DNA of 64,000 nucleotides. It comes from Ylistrum balloti. Taxonomy: Eukaryota. The DNA is taken from assembly GCF_031769215.1 (NCBI RefSeq), contig NW_026781888.1, positions 2,046,001 to 2,110,000 on the forward strand, in the 5' to 3' direction. Both the position numbers and the translations under genes were made by a program. Position 1 is the first letter of the stretch. Each line of letters begins with the position of its first letter. A model generated the notes under the pieces. That model saw nothing but the letters and a program-made list of their open reading frames with translations. It searched no databases and was not told the origin of the DNA. Shown in pieces: positions 51,815 through 64,000 of the stretch.

Positions 51815-53545
51815 CAAACCAAAGTGTCCAGACTAACAAGGTTTTACTGTACACACAAACCAAAGTGTCCTGACTAACAAGGTCCTACTGTACACACAAA
51901 CCAAAGTGTCCTGACTGACAATGTTCTACTGTACACAAAACCAGAGTGCCCAGACTAACAAGGTTCTACTGTACACACACACCAAAGTGTCCAGACTAAC
52001 AAGGTTTTACTGTACACACAAACAAGAGTGTCCAGACTAACAAGGTTTTACTGTACACACAAACAAGAGTGTCCAGACTAACAAGGTTCTACTGTACACA
52101 CAAACCAGAGTGTCCAGACTAACAAGGTTCTACTGTACACCCAAACAATAGTGTCCAAACTAACAAGGTTCTACTGTACACACAAACCAAATTGTCCAGA
52201 CTAACAAGGTTTTACTGTACACACAAACCAGAGTGTCCAGACAGACAAAGTTCTACTGTACACACAAACTAAAGTGTCCAGACTAACACAGTCCTACTGT
52301 ACACAAACCAAAGTGTCCTGACTAACACAGTCCTACTGTACACACAAACCAAAGTGTCCTGACTAACACAGTCCTACTGTACACACAAACCAAAGTGTCC
52401 TGACTAACAAGGTCCTACTGTACACACAAACCAAAGTGTCCTGACTAACAAGGTCCTACTGTACACACAAACAAAAGTGTCCTGACTGACAATGTTCTAC
52501 TGTACACAAAACCAGAGTGCCCAGACTAACAAGGTTCTACTGTACACACACACCAAAGTGTCCAGACTAACAAGGTTTTACTGTACACACAAACAAGAGT
52601 GTCCAGACTAACAAGGTTTTACTGTACACACAAACAAGAGTGTCCAGACTAACAAGGTTCTACTGTACACACAAACCAGAGTGTCCAGACTAACAAGGTT
52701 CTACTGTACACAGACCAGAGTGTCTAGACTAACAAGGTTCTACTGTACACACAAACCCAGGTGTACAGACTAACAAGGTTCTACTGTAAATACAAACCGA
52801 GGTGTCCAGACTAACAAGGTTCTACTGTACACACAAACCAAAGTGTCCAGACTAACAAGGTTTTACTGTACACACAAACAATAGTGTCCAGACTAACAAG
52901 GTTCTACTGTACACATAAACCAAAGTGTCCAGACTAACAAGGTTCTACTGTACACACAAACCAAAGTGTCCAGACTAACAAGGTTCTACCGTACACACAA
53001 ACCAAAGTGTCCAGACTAACAAGGTTCTACTGTACACACAAACCAGAGTGTCCAGACTAACAAGGTTTTACTGTACACATAAACCAAAGTGTCCAAACTA
53101 ACAAGGTTCTACTGTACACACAAACCAAAGTGTCCTGACTAACAAGGTTCTACTGTACACACAAACCAAAGTGTATAGACTAACAAGGTTTTACTGTACA
53201 CACAAACCAAAGTGTCTAGACTAACAAGGTTTTACTGTACACACAAACCAAAGTGTCCAGACTAACAAGGTATTACTGTACACACAAACCAAAGTGTCCA
53301 GACAAACAAGGTTCTACTGTACACACAAACCATAGTGTCCAGACTAACAAGTTTCACCTGTACACTCGAACCAAATTGTCCAGACTAACAAGGTTCTATT
53401 GGGTTCTACTGTACACACAAACCAGTGTCCTGACTAACAAGGTTCTACTGTACACATAAACCAAAGTGTCCAGACTAACAAGGTTCTACTGTACACACAA
53501 ACCAAAGTGTCCAGACTAACAAGGTTCTACTGTACACACAAACCT
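51815..53545. repeat. Minisatellite, 41-bp unit, ~42 copies
   Basis: Unit CCAAAGTGTCCAGACTAACAAGGTTCTACTGTACACACAAA. A variant block is duplicated at an offset of ~571 bp (51911 vs 52482). Confidence 0.98.
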
Positions 53546-54099
53546 TAGTATGAAACCACTTGAAGAGATGAGTATATCTCTCACTTGTTACTGTCATTGT
53601 CTGTACACTCAGGAGACTGAAGTGGTTTATTTCTCAGTTTGAGGAGGATACATTGATTGGATATAGGACACAGTGCCATTAAACTGTTAACATCAGCTCA
53701 TTAGTCAGTTCTACCGCATGCAAAGGACGTGCATGTGCATTTTTAGAATTTATGAGCTTCAGTCAATCAACAGCTTGGCAAATCTGTAATGAATATGCAG
53801 TCCCTTTGTTTGTCATGAAACTCATCCATGGATCCAGGAAAATGGCATCAAGTGTCACTATGGCACAGACAACAGGAGGAAGCCGTGTGCAGCATTTACA
53901 CTGGAAATAAAAACCCCTAAGTAGTATATATGATACAGAGACTGGGGTTCAGATGTGGATAGAGTTCCAATGGAAATTATGATTAAGTGTGAAACAGATG
54001 CAAACTTGTTATTGTATAAATCACTTACCGAATTTATCCTATAATAACCCTGGAGACAATTACACTGTACTTCTTACTCACAGTAAGGGGTGGACTTAT

Positions 54100-54790
54100 C
54101 ACGAGGTTGTAATTATCCTGCAGTAATCCCGGGGCCATTACACATTATTTCTTACAGGGTTGTAATTATCCTACAGTAACCCCAGGGTCATTACACATTA
54201 TTTCTTACAGGGTTGTAATTATCCTACAGTAACCCTAGGGCTATTACACATTATTTCTTACAGGGTTGTAATTACCCTACAGTAACCCTAGGGCTATTAC
54301 ACATTATTTCTTACAGGGTTGTAATTACCCTACAGTAACCCTAGGGCTATTACACATTATTTCTTACAGGGTTGTAATTATCCTACAGTAACCCTAGGGC
54401 TATTACACATTATTTTTACAGGGTTGTAATTATCCTACAGTAACCCCAGGGTCATTACACATGATTTCTTACAGGGTTGTAATTATCCTGCAGTAATCCC
54501 GGGGCCATTACACATTATTTCTTACAGGGTTGTAATTATCCTACAGTAACCCTAGGGCTATTACACATTATTTCTTACAGGGTTGTAATTACCCTATAGT
54601 AACCCTAGGGTTACTACACATTATTTCTTACAGGGTTGTAATTATCCTACAGTAACCCTAGGGCTATTACACATTATTTCTTACAGGGTTGTAATTATCC
54701 TACAGTAACCCTAGGGCTATTACACATTATTTCTTACAGGGTTGTAATTATCCTACAGTAACCCTTGGGTTATTACACATTATATCTTGG
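54100..54790. repeat. Minisatellite, 53-bp unit, ~13 copies
   Basis: Unit TTACACATTATTTCTTACAGGGTTGTAATTATCCTACAGTAACCCTAGGGCTA. Confidence 0.97.
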
Positions 54791-56719
54791 TGAAAATGAG
54801 GACTGGATTGTTCACAGCACAATAAAATTACATTGTGTTTTTCCTGCTTAACACCCATAAACATGGATGGGCTTATTACAAGGCCTGGGCTTATTGTTGT
54901 CGATTCAATATTATTTCACATCACACAACCTGTGGACTTTTACTTTTTACTCTTTCTTTGACTTTTAAGCCTAAATGACCTTTAACCTTTCTTGAATTAT
55001 GTAATTTCAAGTACAAAGTTTAAGGCACCCTCGACAGAATTTTAAAATATTTTTAAGTAAGACATGCAGTTCGTGAAGTTTCTATATCTTTTAAAGACTT
55101 GAACATAAGCTGTTGGAAAAAAAAAACTCAAAAGCTGTGGGTGGTTCTGAGCTTGACGTGAAATACAGGTGTACTGCTTTCTGTCTCAACTAGACAGATA
55201 TCAGTGTCTTACACTGCAGAATAATTCAAAAGGTGTTTTATAAAAGAATATATTATTCTCCTTTACACTGTGTTTGTCCATTTATAATATGTCAACATGG
55301 CCATTTGTGCCCAGCTTAGTTAACTCCATGAGAAGTTAACAGAAATCTTGATTTATTTTAAAATACATGAAAACATGGCATTGAAATCTCGAAAAACTTT
55401 CCTTTAGGCAAGTGCAACGCTTTGTGATTTTCTTAGTTCATTTTTAAACAATTTACATTTTGAAATTTAGTTTTAACAATTTGATAAGTTGATGTCTCTG
55501 AATAACCAGGCTTACAATATGTTAAACAAGGTCAAATGTCTCTTGGTTCCATCGTGTTGGTATTTCAAAGAGATAAAAAAAATCATACAAAAATTAAAAT
55601 GATTTAATGTATTTAGTAAGATGAAAATCTTTGTATGTTTATAATAAAGTAATGTCAAGAAATAATTCCGTGATGTAGTAATTTGATATTTGAAAGAATT
55701 CTGATATATGCATATATAATTTTCCACTTAAATATGGACAATTACTGATGGAAATACGGACAATGAGCTCCAGTAAATAGGTTCATAATTTTCATTCATA
55801 ATCCCAAATCTGCGACTCCGCCAGTACAAGTACGGGCTTTGTATCGACAGGTACCTGTCCGTAGATCATAAAATAACAACAGGTAATGATTTATAGGTAA
55901 ATCTCAGGTAAGTCATCTTTGGAAATTATCTAATGAGTTTAAAATTTCATTAAATTTTATATTGAGAAATGATCTTTGACCAGGAAAGGTTAACCTATCC
56001 CTGGAATATCTGTACAAGTCATTATGAAGCCTAGTTAACATTCTGTTTCTCTTCCTATCGAAATATCTTCGCTCTTAGAATTTTAAAAACATGAAAAGTA
56101 AAAATCGAGCTTGAACCATTTAGGATCTTAAAAATCTTATCTGATAAAAAAATCAATCTTAACATTTTTGAATTATCAGAAATTTTTTTAAATAGCTGAC
56201 CGCCTGAAATGGTTTATTAAATCATTTACAAACATATGTAGGCATATACTCTGTTTTCTAACTTAATCAAACCATAACCAAACCATAAAATTTGATTTTT
56301 CAAATACTTTGGGCACATTAATCATAACCCAGAAAATTGTGAGTAGGACAAGACTATATAAGTGACACACTTTTGATGCTGGTTTCTCGTGTAAACTTTA
56401 AAGATTTGTAAAAATTGCAATAAAATGTAGTGAAATTTTTCATTTAATGTTTTGTGGCTTTAGAACTTTTAATTTGGTTGGTAATGGAAACTTATCTTTA
56501 ATGTATCAAAAGTTGGGTCCAAATTGGGTCAGCAAAGTTTTGATAAGATCTTTTTAATTTTTATAAAATTTTTTGAAAATGTTGTGCCTTCAGAAAATAA
56601 CCATTTTTTGGGATGTTAATCTAAGTAATATCTATTTATAGTATCACCTTATCACTTTATTCCATCCTATTTTTATATAAATATAATTTGTTTCATTTAA
56701 ATTTTATCAAATTTTACTG

Positions 56720-57260
56720 ACACGGATGATGGCCGGATAAGCTACTTGATGTGTACGAGGTAAATCAAAAGGTGAAACATCTGAGTTGTAAGATGTGTAT
56801 TTCGTACAAATTAGGGTGTTAGATTTGGCTTTGGTAAAAATATACAATAGGAAATATGTGGTTGCCATATCAACAGTGATGGTATAGCTTGAACATCCCT
56901 CTGCTTGTCTGCATTGTCTTCTGTGTAATAAATGTCCGAAAACCATTAAAAGCCACAACGATGTTTATTTGAAAAAGGCTGCGGTCACTAAAATGCATCA
57001 TCGTAAATGTCTCGTCAATCAATCACACCAAGATCTCCGATATTTTTCTAACACCGAAAAACGGAAACTATTAAAAAAATTGACCAGTGATCTGCATGGT
57101 GACCATTGGTCAGCACACTGTCAATTACCCGCAACTTTTTCATCAACAAATTCAAATTTCCGTCACTTTGGCACCCCGCCCTAGTCAGGCTAGAATATGG
57201 TGACAACAAGCTCCGGTTCTTTGTGCACATTTATTTTCCTTTTCAGCGACGTTGTTGAAC
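56720..57260. promoter_or_regulatory. CpG-richer promoter-like patch
   Basis: Locally frequent CpG, GC box CCCCGCCC (~57174) and X-box-like GTTGCCATATCAAC (~56861). Direction unknown. Confidence 0.3.
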
Positions 57261-59099
57261 ACACACATTTCTCATTTCTACCACATTAACCAACGATAAA
57301 AGACATAGTTTTACTGCCATACAAGAAAAAGGCAGTCCCGCAGTGAATGGCTTTTGTTGCATGGATAGGTCAATCTTTTTCACTCAATAAACCCGTAATG
57401 CACACACTTTTTAAACCAATCAGAATGTGACATTTAATTGTCATCAAACACGTAAATGAGATGACCGATGACCATTGTCCTGGGCTACTTTCACTGGTCT
57501 TTGTTTGGCATCCATAGCTGATGCTGGTCAGTGAAAGAGGTCGAAGGTCATTCTTTGATGTGCCACTTGTTCAGCACTGGTTTTGTTACTTTTGATTTTG
57601 TCCTTTATCGTCCTGAGCCATGGTCAGTCTGGATGATGGTCAAAGAGGATCAAATGGTCTGACCACCTGTAACTTAAGACAACCCGTTCAGTTACCAGTG
57701 TCCATCTTTTAATTGCTTTGTCATACCTGTTTGCCTGTCATTAACAGGTGTAGTGGTCAGTCTACCTGTCACATATGTAATGGTCAACATTAGACAGGTA
57801 ACAGTTGTGCCAGACATCTATGCCACATATTAATCAGAAATAAACATATGCTGTTGTCTGTCAGAAAATTTGTCTTTCAATGTGAAAGTTGAGCCAGGTA
57901 AAATAGTATACAGATTTGACTTCACTGATATTTTTCTGAAAAAAAAAAAACATATTTAGATATTCTTCATAATTTGTCCCAGGAACAATGAGTTAGGGTG
58001 CAGTTAAAGCCATCAATAGAAAAGGATTTGGGTAGAAAAATTGAAACTAAAAATTTCTATGTTCAAACTGACCATTAGGTGGTACACCCAAACTGACCGC
58101 CAGAGGTGCACTAACACCTAAGAAGCCAACGTAGATCATATATAACTGTATTATGACACAAATATTCCTTCACTGGATATAATCACTTTTCTTTGATATT
58201 TCATACCTTAGTCATATATACCTGATACCAGATTTACAAATGTCACAGCAATCAACAGGTAGGCTGCATAATCTACTTTTAGGTAGACACTTCCGTTGTG
58301 TCTGTCAGCAATTGAAAGAGAAATAGTTTTATAGTTTGTCATAGGTAAAGTGTCAAAAGAATTAAGAAATAGGATATACTAAAGAATCTATGTAATTAGA
58401 TGTTAAACATGCAAGAGACTGGCTTGAACACGACATCCTTATTCTCACCTGCTTATATAACATCTGCGGTCACTGCATGCAAAGTTTAAGAAAATAATAT
58501 CTAGATATTTCAGGGTGGGGAGGAGAACCGCAGATGGTGGTCGAGTGTATAGTGTTATAACTTAGGTCACAAAGTTCCAAAATTAGTTGCAAATTGCCAT
58601 ATTTGTCCTCTCATTGGCAATGTTCTGATCTGGAGGGGTATGAGATTTCTTCCATGGTGACAAGAGCCTGTGGAAATCAGACATCAAGTATTGTAGAAGT
58701 GTTATGTAAAAGTTTGTATAGCGCACTTAAGCAAGGACAGTACACTTCAACAGCTTAGAAATCTTCCTTAAAGCATGTCACAATGTCAAGGTCGTAGTGA
58801 CTGGCCTGTCATTACACCCCTAATTCAATGCTTATTATGGTATCATTGTTCCCTTCCTGTTCATTCACTCTCTGTCACAGGAAAAATGTACTTGTACATT
58901 TTTTGTAAAGCTTCTTGCACATTTTTTAAAGTGATTTAAAAATCTGAATATGTCCCTTTTAAACGACTATTAGGTGTTCAATTTCAAGATGTCATACAAG
59001 TAATTTGTTATGATGTTAAAAGCAGATAATGTTTCGGGAGCCATGTTATCTACCTGTAATTCAGTAAAACATAATTCATATTCATGTAGAGTAAAGGGA

Positions 59100-60115
59100 A
59101 GAAAAGCAGACCTGTGTAATGTGGATACCTGTATAAATCAGACCTGTGTAATCTGAATACCTGTATAAACCAGACCTGTGTAATCTGGATACCTGTATAA
59201 AACAGACCTGTGTAGTCTGGATACCTATATAAACAAGACCTGTGTAATCTGGATACCTGTATAAACCAGACCTGTGTAATCTGGATACCTGTATAAAACA
59301 GACCTGTGTAATCTGGATACCTATATAAACCAGACCTGTGTAATCTGGATACCTGTATAAAACAGACCTGTGTAGTCTGGATACCTATATAAACAAGACC
59401 TGTGTAATCTGGATACCTGAATAAACCAGACCTGTGTAATCTGGATACCTGTATTAACCAGACCTGTGTAGTCTGGATACCTGTATAAACCAGACCTGTG
59501 TAGTCTGGATACCTGTATAAAACAGACTTGTGTAATCTGGATACCTGTATAAACCAGACCTGTGTAGTCTGGATACCTGTATAAAACAGTCCTGTGTAAT
59601 CTGGATACCTGTATAAACCAGACCTGTGTAGTCTGGATACCTGTATAAAACAGACCTGTGTAATCTGGATACCTGTATAAACCAGATCTGTGTAGTCTGG
59701 ATACCTGTATAAACCAGACCTGTGTAATCTGGATACCTGTATAAACCAGACCTTCAGTTTGGTCCTACTGTATACATTACTATGATGACCTATGTAATCT
59801 GGACACCTGTGTAAACCAGACCTTCAGTTTGGTCCTACTGTATACATTACTATGTAGACCTGTGTAATCTGGACACCTGTATAAAACAGACCTGTGTAAT
59901 CTGGATCCCTGTATAAAACAGACCTGTGTAATCTGGACACCTGTATAAACCAGACCTGTGTAATCTGGACACCTGTATATACCAGACCTGTGTACTCTGG
60001 ATACCTGTATAAACCAGACCTGTGTAATCTGGACACCTGTATAAACCAGACCTGTGTAATCTGGGCACTTGAATAAACCAGACCTGCATTCCTATGTAAA
60101 GTTAGCCTGTGTCAC
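59100..60115 (-). repeat. Composite minisatellite, mainly 32-bp units with two 70-bp-type units; inverted homologue of 25495-26640
   Basis: Unit CAGACCTGTGTAATCTGGA(T/C)ACCTGTATAAAC is the reverse complement of the 32-bp core. The CTTCAGTTTGGTCCTACTGTATACATTACTATG module occurs at ~59752 and ~59822. Confidence 0.97.
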
Positions 60116-60759
60116 CTGACATGTTTCATTTATGGAGTGAAGGACCAATAGTCATCAAGTTACAACAATAAAATAATGACTCCACATTTTTTGTAATCTG
60201 TTAAAAAATGCAGATTAGTATAACTTAGATTTACATTATTGTCAATCATTTTAACTTCCTTAGGTAAACCTCAAAGTGATTTGTAAACCTCAAAATGATT
60301 GGCCAATCTTATTGGACTAAAGAAATGTAGAGGGGATATGCCTATTGTCTCCTTATTACTGTAAACACTGGGTAGTTTTATACTGGTCAATACAGAAGGT
60401 AAACACAAGTCTGATGGAGGACTGACTTGTGTACACAGCTCTGATACTGTAGAACAACATCACATGTGTTGGCTAGCAAGCTAAAGAGTCCATCTCCTCC
60501 CACAATAAACATTACATAACACTGACCACTGGTCACTTTCACCTTTACAGACCAAATCACAGAACAAAGCCAGTAGGACACATCCTTGATAAATCCACTA
60601 AGAGACATGTACACAGACTTACAGCTCTGTGTCAATATGTTTATTGGTAGCAGGGGTGTCACATTTGACATAACCAGTGTTACACACTGATAGACCACTG
60701 CAAGTTAAAATCTGACCAAGAACCTTATCACACCTGATATAAACCAGTCGAAACATCAC

Positions 60760-61555
60760 CACAATAATAAACCACTGAAATATCACTGCACACTGATTAA
60801 CCACTGAAATATCACTGCACACTAATAAACCACTGAAATATCACTGTATATTGATAAACCACTGAAATATCACTGCACACTGATTAACCACCGAAATATC
60901 ACTGCACACTGATTAACCACTGAACTATCACTGCACACTGATAAACCACTGAAATATCACTGTATATTGATAAACCACTGAAATATCACTGCACACTGAT
61001 TAACCACCGAAATATCACTGCACACTGATTAACCACTGAACTATCACTGCACACTGATAAACCACTGAAATACCACTGCACACTGATTAACCACCGAAAT
61101 ATCACTACACACTGATTAACCACCGAAATATCACTGCACACTGATTAACCACCGAAATATCACTGCACACTGATTAACCACTGAACTATCATTGCACACT
61201 GATAAACCACTGAAATATCACTGCACACTGATAAACCACTGAAATATCACTGCACACTGATAAACCACCGAAATATCACTGCACACTGATAAACCACCGA
61301 GATATCACTGCACACTGATTAACCACCGAAATATCACTGCACACTGATAAACCACTGAAATATCACTGCACACTGATAAACCACTGAAATATCACTGCAC
61401 ACTGATAAACCACTGAAATACCACTGCACACTGATAAACCACTGAAATATCACTGCACACTGATAAACCACTGAAATATCACTGTATATTGATAAACCAC
61501 TGAACTATCACTGCACACTGATAATCTGATTAAATATCACTGCACACTGATATTA
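60760..61555. repeat. Minisatellite, 29-bp unit ACCACTGAAATATCACTGCACACTGATAA, ~27 copies
   Basis: Direct inspection; three CACTG per unit. Confidence 0.97.
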
Positions 61556-63159
61556 ATAAACATTCCAACTGTTATATCATACCTGGTTTTACCCTGTATT
61601 CCTCTCTGATGTCCTGTGAAGGATCAGATGAAGAGATTTAACATCCTGTTTTTTTGTCATTGTTATTTACCTGTGACATCTCTGTTGACTTATCATATCC
61701 TCTTTCCTTCTGCGAGATATCACTGTAATTATTGTGTAAACACTTTTTGAATTGCAACAGAAATTTGACATTTATTGTAAAACTACACTTATTGTAGAAC
61801 ACTTACACAATGATAACAGAGCATAGATTTAAAACAATAGCTGGTTCTTTGGTGAGAATTTGTCCTCCCTGTGTAAAGTAGTATTGTGATTAATTTCAGC
61901 ATTTGCCTTCTCTTCCTCAGAAAATGATGATGTGAATTGCTATCAAAGACGGATGACCTAACTAGTACCATTGTTTCATTCTTTTTACAAAGGTAAGTCT
62001 TTGATCTGTGTCGGCACAGGTGTGCTCTTCCAGTTGTCTCACCTAACTTTGACAGGCAACTGCTGTTGATGCTGGCTTTGTTGTTTAACTGGCATCAGAT
62101 CAGGAGTTCCCAGATGTTTCCCTATCTACCTTTGTATTAGTATCTATAAGTACACAGTTTAGAACATTCAGTACTTGTTGACAAGGAAACAATTTTTTTT
62201 TGTCGTAAGAGAAAAATGTTTATGTAAATGAATTGAGTTGTTTATTATTATGCTACAGTAACAAAGACAGAAGATGGCATTCATTAACTGGGTGTTATTT
62301 ACTGCCAGACAAATAGTGTTTACAAGTGTCTCTTTGTTTACCTGTAATCAGTGCCTTGTTTACCTGTAATTACTAAAGTACCTTTTGTACACTATTCCCT
62401 TAAGTAAAACAATATGTCCCAAAGTCCATTTATAATTTTCATGTGATTTACAATGACTTGCCAACTTGTTGGAATTTTTTGTAACTTGTGTTACTGACCT
62501 GGAAATATACAGTATAGAGAACTATCTATCTAGAACATCTCCATACTCCTTGTTTTCTGTTTGACTTATATTTACGTAGATTTGAATAAATTGAAATAAA
62601 TATTCAAATGTAAATATTTCAATGCTTTGAAAATGTAATATTTTGTTAACTGAGATAATAAAAAATTCAATTTATTTGTAAATAGCAATTAAGATAAATG
62701 CATTTAGTACAAAAAAATGGAGTTTGAATTGAAAATGAACTTTGCAAAAAATTACTTATGAAAGTGTTATTATTTGATAAATATTGGATTCCTTGCTGAT
62801 CAAATATTCATGTACATTAAAATTTGAAAGTGCTGTCATATAATTTTTATGTGTCTGAAGGAGAAAAATATAAAAAGACGCTCAAATTAAACTCTAAATC
62901 ACTCGAGATATTCAAACTACATCATTAACCAAAAAAGGCCATCAGAAAATTTATACCTGTAATTAGTTAGTGAACAAGATCACAGGTGAGTAAAGACGTA
63001 CAGGATTCAGGTAAAACTGGAGACATGTGATCGACTAAACATTCCGAACAGCCTAGAAATAAATTACTGTGTCACATGTTGTCTAATTCATAGTTAATTA
63101 AAGGGTATAATTAGTCAATTTTAATAGATAATTTCAGAGCTTTCCACGTTTTGGCCCTG

Positions 63160-63272
63160 ACTGACCCACAATATGTGGTCTGGCAGGTGAACCCATGCCT
63201 CTTCAGGTCTGTTTGGGAATCAAAACCCTGACGTCTAGGAGAAAGGTGCACTGACCACCATCATCACACTGT
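63160..63272 (-). mobile_element. Possible degenerate tRNA-derived SINE head
   Basis: The minus strand reads GGTGGTCAGTGCACC...CAGGGTTTTGATTCCC, which is A-box-like plus a CpG-decayed B-box. Confidence 0.3.
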
Positions 63273-64000
63273 CTCATACTTAACAGTTCCCTTGTTCATT
63301 TCCATGCAATCAGTATATTTGGTACTTGACAGAGAAATTTTTTTTTTTACAGGTACCACCTGAAAAATTAAAATAAATGTAATCTTACTCAAATATGATT
63401 TTTTCAAAAAAGTGCTTTAAGCATTTGCATCATTTGTAGTATAACATAAAATACTTTATTTACAAGAGGATTTCTTTATCATATCTAAAGCACCAGGCCC
63501 TTGGGCCTTACAAGTTGTATTGGGGGTAATTGTGAAGCAAGGCAGTTAATTTCCTGTGTGCACACCCATGCTAATGACTACCTGGGGTGCCCTGCTCAAT
63601 TTGTGTTAAGTTGAAGCCTGAGAAAAATTTCACCTGTAATTAACAGACAGGTATGAATCTGAGTAAACAGGGCTTCAGTCAGGTGATATAATGGTGTAAT
63701 CTAAAGTCTACAGGTGATGAGACCAGATAAGGGCAAGGTCATGATGTGGTCAGTTATATACTATGTACAGGTGAGTTAATTAGTGTGTACAGGTGAGCTA
63801 ATCACTGTCTCAGGTAGGCTATTACCTTATCTTACTTAAGATTACTGAAGGGAAACGTGTTTGATCCCTTGGTCTGTGACGTGGGGCCAGGAAGGAACTG
63901 TTAGACAATGGTTAAAGTAAATCTGGGATAGGGATTACTGGCAAAATAGGAGTTGTATCTGTCTCTAATCCAGGTAAACATGGAGTTATTTATAGAACAG

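Noticed and set aside
48775-54790. Regular 41-, 53- and 76-bp repeats as CRISPR-like arrays
   Set aside because: The units are contiguous with no unique spacers, there are no cas genes, and the context is eukaryotic.

Overview
Eukaryotic, AT-rich animal genomic DNA. It is most likely molluscan (bivalve-like); this is an inference from Helentron/HINE-type and tRNA-SINE remnants and from motif usage, not a demonstration. No prokaryotic operon, rRNA, intact tRNA, CRISPR array or intact transposase/RT ORF is visible. Roughly a quarter of the window (about 16-17 kb, summed from my array boundaries) is tandem minisatellite: about 20 arrays with units of 17-76 bp. All long ORFs in the supplied track (831, 192, 166 and 144 aa) are by-products of these arrays. 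The first ~9 kb is visibly CpG-rich and holds promoter-type motif clusters: four ETS sites at exact 23-bp spacing, Staf/ZNF143 sites, and a probable bidirectional promoter at ~8.9-9.3 kb. Most of the remainder is CpG-poor and intron-like. A phase-consistent chain of small candidate exons can be built on the minus strand (best supported at 36.85-31.5 kb) and a weaker one on the plus strand. I cannot assign either to a known gene, and hand-built exon chains are easy to overfit. The best-supported unusual structures are three. First, the 25.5-26.6 kb and 59.1-60.1 kb arrays are inverted copies of one composite element, sharing a terminus and internal polarity. Second, those arrays and the 41-bp array at 51.8-53.5 kb appear to be built from TA-flanked CAGT-type (Tc1/pogo-like) MITE termini. 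Third, a 20-bp satellite changes sequence progressively along 1.9 kb. I did not find convincing evidence of a new biological system.
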